From the NCBI GenBank assembly GCA_900545735.1, contig URAC01000002.1, forward strand, positions 1-39,573: a stretch of DNA of 39,573 nt, in the 5' to 3' direction. Positions 35,944 to 39,573 of the stretch are shown here, piece by piece; positions within the stretch are counted from its first letter, which is position 1; each line of letters starts with the position of its first letter. A model generated the notes under the pieces. That model had not been told where the DNA came from. It searched no databases and saw only the letters and a program-made list of their open reading frames with translations. Position numbers and translations under genes: made by a program. The DNA comes from an uncultured Bacillota bacterium. Lineage in GTDB: Bacteria > Bacillota > Clostridia > Christensenellales > UBA1242.

Positions 35944-37011
35944 ATGGATTGGGCAGGTATTTGGGAATCTATTAAAACATTTTTTACAAGCAATGTTTGG
36001 AATATTGTAGGCTTTTTTGCAGCTTTAATTATTGGCATTATCGTTGTGAAATTGCTTTTAAATATGACAAAAAGAATAATGGGCAAAACAAAGGTTGAAA
36101 AGATTGCTCAAAGTTTTATTTATGTTGTTATTAAATTTGTGCTGTACCTAGCATTAGTTTTGATTTTGTTAAGCATTCTTGGAGTGTCGATGACTGGTGT
36201 TGTTGCGGCAATCAGCGCGCTTCTTCTTGCTGTTGGTATGGCATTGCAAAACAATATTGCAAACGTTGCTAACGGAATTATAATCGTATCTTCACATATG
36301 TTCAAAAAAGGCGATTATATCATCGTTAATGGTGTGGAAGGCAGCATTGAGCAAATTAACTTTTTGTTTACAACAATAGTTACAACTGACAATAAAAAGA
36401 TTACACTTCCAAACTCAACGATTGTTAACAATGCGGTTATAAATGCAGGAGCGAATAAGACAAGGAGAATAGATTTTACATTTGGCGTTGCTTATGAAAG
36501 TGATGTTGAGCTAGTAAAGAAAATTGTTATTGATGTAATGATGAGTGATGGAAGGGTTTTGTTGGACCCACCACCATTTTGCAGGTTAAAAACTTTAAAT
36601 AGCAGCAGTTTGGATTTCTTTGCAAATTGCTGGGTTGATAAAGAAGATTATTGGGACGTTTATTATTACATTATTGAAAATGTTTATAATGAATTTAAAC
36701 GCAACAATATTTCAATTCCATACAATCAACTTGAAGTTAGGGAAAGAAAAGACGAAGTTGTGCTTCCAGTTAATGAAGAGCCACTTAAAGAGCGTGTTGA
36801 AAAAGTAAGAAAAGACGATATGCATTTTGATTTAGAAAACACGGATTTGACTGCATATTTTAAACGAATGAAACAGCGCAAGAAAGAAACGCCAAACAAC
36901 AAAAAAGACAAGCGTAAAAAGAAAAATAAAAAGCAAAAAGATTTGCTTTTAGAGAGTATGCCAGAAAATGCTGAAACAGTTGAAGAAATTAAGGAAGATA
37001 AAAAGGATTAG
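35944..37011 (+). CDS. Mechanosensitive ion channel, MscS family, with a long Lys-rich C-terminal tail
   Basis: Start moved to the ATG at 35944 (AGGAG SD). It has three N-terminal TM helices and the MscS core ...GDYIIVNGVEGSIEQINFLFTTIVTTDNKKITLPNSTIVNNAVINAG.... The tail reads KRMKQRKKETPNNKKDKRKKKNKKQKD. Confidence 0.88.
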   Translation: MDWAGIWESIKTFFTSNVWNIVGFFAALIIGIIVVKLLLNMTKRIMGKTKVEKIAQSFIYVVIKFVLYLALVLILLSILGVSMTGVVAAISALLLAVGMALQNNIANVANGIIIVSSHMFKKGDYIIVNGVEGSIEQINFLFTTIVTTDNKKITLPNSTIVNNAVINAGANKTRRIDFTFGVAYESDVELVKKIVIDVMMSDGRVLLDPPPFCRLKTLNSSSLDFFANCWVDKEDYWDVYYYIIENVYNEFKRNNISIPYNQLEVRERKDEVVLPVNEEPLKERVEKVRKDDMHFDLENTDLTAYFKRMKQRKKETPNNKKDKRKKKNKKQKDLLLESMPENAETVEEIKEDKKD

Positions 37012-37211
37012 TTGTCTAAACCAACAAGGTAATCTATTGATACTTTAAAATATTTTGAAATTGCAATCAAATTTGAAAGCGTAGGCTCTCTAAGCCCATT
37101 TTCCCATAGACTTATAATACCTTTGCTAACTCCTAAAATCTTGGCAAGTTCAATTTGTCCAAGATTTTTTTCTTGTCTTAAAAGTTTTAAATTATCTTTA
37201 AACCTATTCAT
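37008..37211 (-). CDS. XRE-family (Cro/C1-type) helix-turn-helix transcriptional regulator, 67 aa
   Basis: LKLLRQEKNLGQIELAKILGVSKGIISLWENGLREPTLSNLIAISKYFKVSIDYL is a textbook HTH_3 pattern. Its stop overlaps the MscS stop by 3-4 nt (convergent genes). Confidence 0.9.
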   Translation of the reverse strand: MNRFKDNLKLLRQEKNLGQIELAKILGVSKGIISLWENGLREPTLSNLIAISKYFKVSIDYLVGLDN

Positions 37212-37245
37212 TATTATAATTTTCTCACAAGTGTAAGAAAAATAC

Positions 37246-37274
37246 TTGACATCTTACAAAAGTAAGAATATAAT
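37246..37274 (+). promoter_or_regulatory. Perfect consensus promoter TTGACA-17-TATAAT with palindrome CTTAC-AAAA-GTAAG in the spacer (candidate XRE operator)
   Basis: -35 at 37246-37251, -10 at 37269-37274, inverted repeat at 37253-37266. A further GTAAG half-site sits at 37233-37237. The site lies between the divergent XRE and small-TM genes. Confidence 0.7.
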
Positions 37275-37303
37275 TAAGTAGAATTTTGTCGTTTGGAGGG
37301 ATT

Positions 37304-37528
37304 ATGAATCAAGATAAAAACAAAAAGGTAGTTGGGGTTCTATTAAGCCTTTTCTTAGGTTTGATTGGTTTGATAATAGGATTGTGTTTATATCCTTATA
37401 ATAGTGAAGAGCGTAACACTTTTTTAAATGGTTGGTTGCTTGGATTTGTAATTTCGCTTTTAATTGGAGTAGTTTTCGTAATCATATATTTTTGTTTTTT
37501 AAGCAGCATAATCAATTCGGTACATTAA
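37304..37528 (+). CDS. Small membrane protein, 74 aa, two predicted TM helices
   Basis: GGAGGG SD upstream of the ATG at 37304. Hydrophobic segments VVGVLLSLFLGLIGLIIGLCLY and WLLGFVISLLIGVVFVIIYFCFL. Confidence 0.7.
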   Translation: MNQDKNKKVVGVLLSLFLGLIGLIIGLCLYPYNSEERNTFLNGWLLGFVISLLIGVVFVIIYFCFLSSIINSVH

Positions 37529-37544
37529 TTTGATATATATCAAA
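37529..37544. repeat. 16-bp perfect palindrome TTTGATATATATCAAA directly after the small-TM gene stop
   Basis: Read directly from the sequence; it is self-complementary over all 16 nt. Confidence 0.9.
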
Positions 37545-37586
37545 AATTTTTAGAGTATTAAAATCATTTTTATTTTTTGAGAAATA

Positions 37587-37595
37587 TGTTATAAT
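37587..37595 (+). promoter_or_regulatory. Extended -10 element TGTTATAAT upstream of the SPFH gene
   Basis: TG-n-TATAAT at 37587-37595. AAGGAG SD at 37613-37618. The -35 is poor. Confidence 0.45.
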
Positions 37596-37624
37596 TATCT
37601 CATAATATATTTAAGGAGAATATT

Positions 37625-38740
37625 ATGGGATTGTTTAAGAAACAACTTTTAGAAGTTATTGAATGGAAAGATAGTTCAAAAGACACTATTGTCTATCGTT
37701 TCCCTATGCAAAAAAGAGAAGAGATTATGACAACATCAACACTTGTTGTTAGAGAAAGTCAAGTGGCTGTGTTTGTTCATAAAGGTCAAATTTGCGATAT
37801 CTTTGAACCTGGAACATATAAATTAAAAACGGAAAATATTCCATTTTTAACAAAACTTTTGAGTTTGCCAACAGGATTTAACTCTCCTATCAAAGCGGAA
37901 GTTTATTTTATAAATACAAAGCAAATGACTGGTCAAAAGTGGGGAACTCAAAACCCAATTATGATGAGAGATAACGAATTTGGGAATGTTCGTTTAAGAG
38001 GCTTTGGTGTTTATTCTTTCAAAGTTGAAGATGCTGCAAAGTTTATGAAAGAAATGTTTGGAACAAATGAAGTTTATAGAACTGCAGATGTTGCTGAACA
38101 ATGCAAACCAATGATTATTGAAGCAATCACAGATGCTATTGCAGAGAGCAAAATTTCTGCTTTGGATTTAGCAGCAAATTATAGAGAGTTTTCAGAAACC
38201 GTTGTAAATTATTCAACAAAATCTTTTGGACAATTTGGCTTAAAGCTTTGCTCAGTTGTCATTGAAAATCTATCACTCCCAGAAGATGTTGAAAAAGCGC
38301 TTGACGAAAGAACAAAACTTGGCGTTTTGGAAGACCAAATGGGAACATACACAAGATATCAAGCGGCACAAGCATTAAAAGAAGCAGCAAAGAACCCAAG
38401 CGGTGGAAATCTTGCTGGGCTAGGCGTTGGCCTTGGCGCAGGTTCAAGCATCGGTCAAATTTTTGGTGAAAACTTGTCAACTGAAAATAAAAAGAAAGTT
38501 AAAATGGCTACTTGCCCAAATTGCAATGAAAGGATAAAAGATGGTTCTAAATTTTGCCCATCTTGCGGACAAAAATTGGTTGCGGTTTGCCCAAAATGCG
38601 GAAAAGAAGTTGAGCAAGGTGCAAAATTCTGCACAGAATGTGGAGAAAAATTGAGCGTAAATAAAGTTTGTCAAAAATGTAATTGCGAATTAGATGCAAA
38701 GGATAAATTTTGCCCAAAATGTGGCACAAAATGCGACTAA
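37625..38740 (+). CDS. SPFH/Band-7 domain protein with three C-terminal zinc ribbons (COG4260, B. subtilis YdjI-like)
   Basis: The N-terminus MGLFKKQLLEVIEWKDSSKDTIVYRFP...VRESQVAVFVHKGQICDIFEPGTY...KAEVYFINTKQ matches the YdjI family pattern as I recall it. The C-terminus has CPNC-x10-CPSC, CPKC-x10-CTEC and CQKC-x9-CPKC (38513-38734). Confidence 0.85.
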   Translation: MGLFKKQLLEVIEWKDSSKDTIVYRFPMQKREEIMTTSTLVVRESQVAVFVHKGQICDIFEPGTYKLKTENIPFLTKLLSLPTGFNSPIKAEVYFINTKQMTGQKWGTQNPIMMRDNEFGNVRLRGFGVYSFKVEDAAKFMKEMFGTNEVYRTADVAEQCKPMIIEAITDAIAESKISALDLAANYREFSETVVNYSTKSFGQFGLKLCSVVIENLSLPEDVEKALDERTKLGVLEDQMGTYTRYQAAQALKEAAKNPSGGNLAGLGVGLGAGSSIGQIFGENLSTENKKKVKMATCPNCNERIKDGSKFCPSCGQKLVAVCPKCGKEVEQGAKFCTECGEKLSVNKVCQKCNCELDAKDKFCPKCGTKCD

Positions 38741-38747
38741 ATAAAAT

Positions 38748-39524
38748 ATGAGTGATACAGAAATAAAAAGCGAAGTTAAGATAACTAAAAATTGCTTGAG
38801 ATGTGGTGGAACATTATCTTTTTCACCAAAACATCAAGCAATTTTTTGCAGTCAATGTGGCACAACTTACGATATTGAAAAGGATAAAAAGGTTGTCAAG
38901 CACAATTTGAATGAAATTCAAGATATAACTTTAGAAAACAAATTGTTTGCTGAAAATAACAGAGTGTTTAATTGTCCAAATTGTGGCAGTAGGCTTGTGC
39001 TTAACAAATATGAGTACACAAAAAAATGCCCTTATTGTGGCAGCGATAGCATAAAAAAGACGAGATTAAATCCAGGCATTTCTCCAGACAACATAATTCC
39101 TTTTAAGTTTGATGAAAAAGATGCAGCAGAAAAGTTTAAAGCAGCAATGAAAAAGAAAATTTTTGCACCAAATGAGTTTAGGAAAAAGCCAGTTACAGAT
39201 AATATTTATGGATTATATATTCCAACATTTTCTTATGATGCAAAATCTCAAACTGCTTATCAAGGTAAAATTCGCGTGGAACACGTGAACATTGATTCAA
39301 ACAATGTAAGAAATGTTACATATTCGTATCGCAATATTAGCGGCAAAATCGCGCTATCTCATTCAAATGTTTTAGTTGAAGATAGCCCAAGTTTGAACCA
39401 ACTGGATTTGAACAACATAAAACCTTTCAATTATCAAGAACTATACAAGTATAATGACGATTTCATTCGCGGTTATACAGTTGAATATCACGAACATCCT
39501 GTAGCAAATTGCTCGGATATAGCA
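38748..39524 (+). CDS. Zinc-ribbon protein, YdjG-like; 3-prime truncated by the contig end (259 codons present)
   Basis: Missing from the ORF track because it has no stop. I translated it by hand from the ATG at 38748 and found no stops up to the adapter. It has two CxxC-x13/14-CxxC ribbons (CLRCGG..CSQCG; CPNCGS..CPYCG) and starts 7 nt after the SPFH gene. No clear SD. Confidence 0.7.
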
Positions 39525-39573
39525 CTGTCTCTTATACACATCTCCGAGCCCACGAGACTAGGCATGATCTCGT
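39525..39573. other. Illumina Nextera library adapter (technical): mosaic end CTGTCTCTTATACACATCT + CCGAGCCCACGAGAC + 8-nt i7 index TAGGCATG + ATCTCGT (start of the P7 tail)
   Basis: The string matches the Nextera Read-2 adapter read-through sequence as I remember it. Confidence 0.97.

Noticed and set aside
37008-37020. A shared 12-mer TAGTTGTCTAAA at both convergent-gene junctions (34069-34080 and 37009-37020), with TAGTTGTC also at 31323. It could be a junction-specific signal.
   Set aside because: In both minus-strand genes it encodes the C-terminal residues L-D-N. The core GACAACTA also occurs inside ORF1 coding sequence (e.g. near 1811 and 7222). 12-mer coincidences are expected in ~40 kb of AT-rich DNA.
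31326-37303. TTG or upstream start codons given by the ORF track (31326, 35584, 35890, 37286).
   Set aside because: At 35614, 35944 and 37304, downstream ATGs are preceded by good SD sequences and give sensible N-termini. At 31344 an ATG is preferred to the TTG, although neither has an SD. The ORF-track starts are just the first in-frame start-like codons.
37008-37528. The XRE regulator plus adjacent small membrane protein as a toxin-antitoxin pair or prophage remnant.
   Set aside because: The genes are divergent rather than co-transcribed. No phage or integrase genes are nearby, and nothing in the 74-aa protein identifies it as a toxin. It is treated only as a repressor-controlled small membrane protein.
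66-38740. A possible Mollicutes-type genetic code (TGA = Trp), suggested by the low-GC, lipoprotein-rich context.
   Set aside because: All ORFs are intact under the standard code, including more than 9,700 codons of giant ORFs with no in-frame TGA, and Trp is encoded by TGG. All 12 complete genes stop at TAA (10) or TAG (2). TGA is simply not seen in frame or as a stop in this window. That fits AT-biased code 11 and gives no positive evidence for reassignment.
1-39573. Interpreting the matching structured ends of the contig as terminal inverted repeats of a linear plasmid or phage, or as a complete mobile element.
   Set aside because: Both ends are Illumina Nextera adapters carrying index sequences. 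The interior has housekeeping genes (rarA, ffs, tRNA, mscS) and no integrase, transposase, replication or virion genes.

Overview
AT-rich contig (roughly one-third G+C by eye), 39,476 bp of real sequence. Both ends run into untrimmed Illumina Nextera adapters (1-48 and 39525-39573), so the contig ends are technical, not biological termini. About three quarters of the window (66-29383) is two co-oriented giant ORFs of 6,470 aa and 3,290 aa, separated by 32 nt. Each has its own Shine-Dalgarno site and an N-terminal lipoprotein signal peptide with a lipobox. Both are built from BIG2-like Ig/beta-sandwich stretches alternating with GLUG-motif beta-solenoid-like modules (about 7 in ORF1, 3 in ORF2). 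ORF1 ends in an array of Listeria-Bacteroides (Flg_new) repeats. I saw no catalytic motif (no HExxH by eye), no LPXTG signal, and no dedicated secretion genes. The remaining ~10 kb looks like ordinary chromosome: a NitT/TauT-type ABC ATPase and permease, an orphan membrane-anchored protein, rarA, a putative HEPN-CBS fusion protein, a Bacillus-type long SRP RNA followed after 2 nt by tRNA-Arg(CCU), an MscS channel, an XRE regulator divergent from a small 2-TM protein, an SPFH/zinc-ribbon protein (YdjI/COG4260-like), and a truncated YdjG-like zinc-ribbon protein. No integrase, transposase, CRISPR array or phage structural gene is visible. The long SRP RNA with an Alu domain, the genomically encoded CCA, the strong SD sites and lipid-anchored rather than sortase-anchored giant proteins suggest a low-GC Bacillota/Mollicutes-lineage organism; this is inference only. 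The best candidate for something undescribed is the tandem giant lipoprotein locus. Secondary candidates are the HEPN-CBS fusion and the XRE / small-TM / SPFH-Zn / YdjG-like module. All domain calls come from reading motifs by eye, and domain boundaries are approximate.
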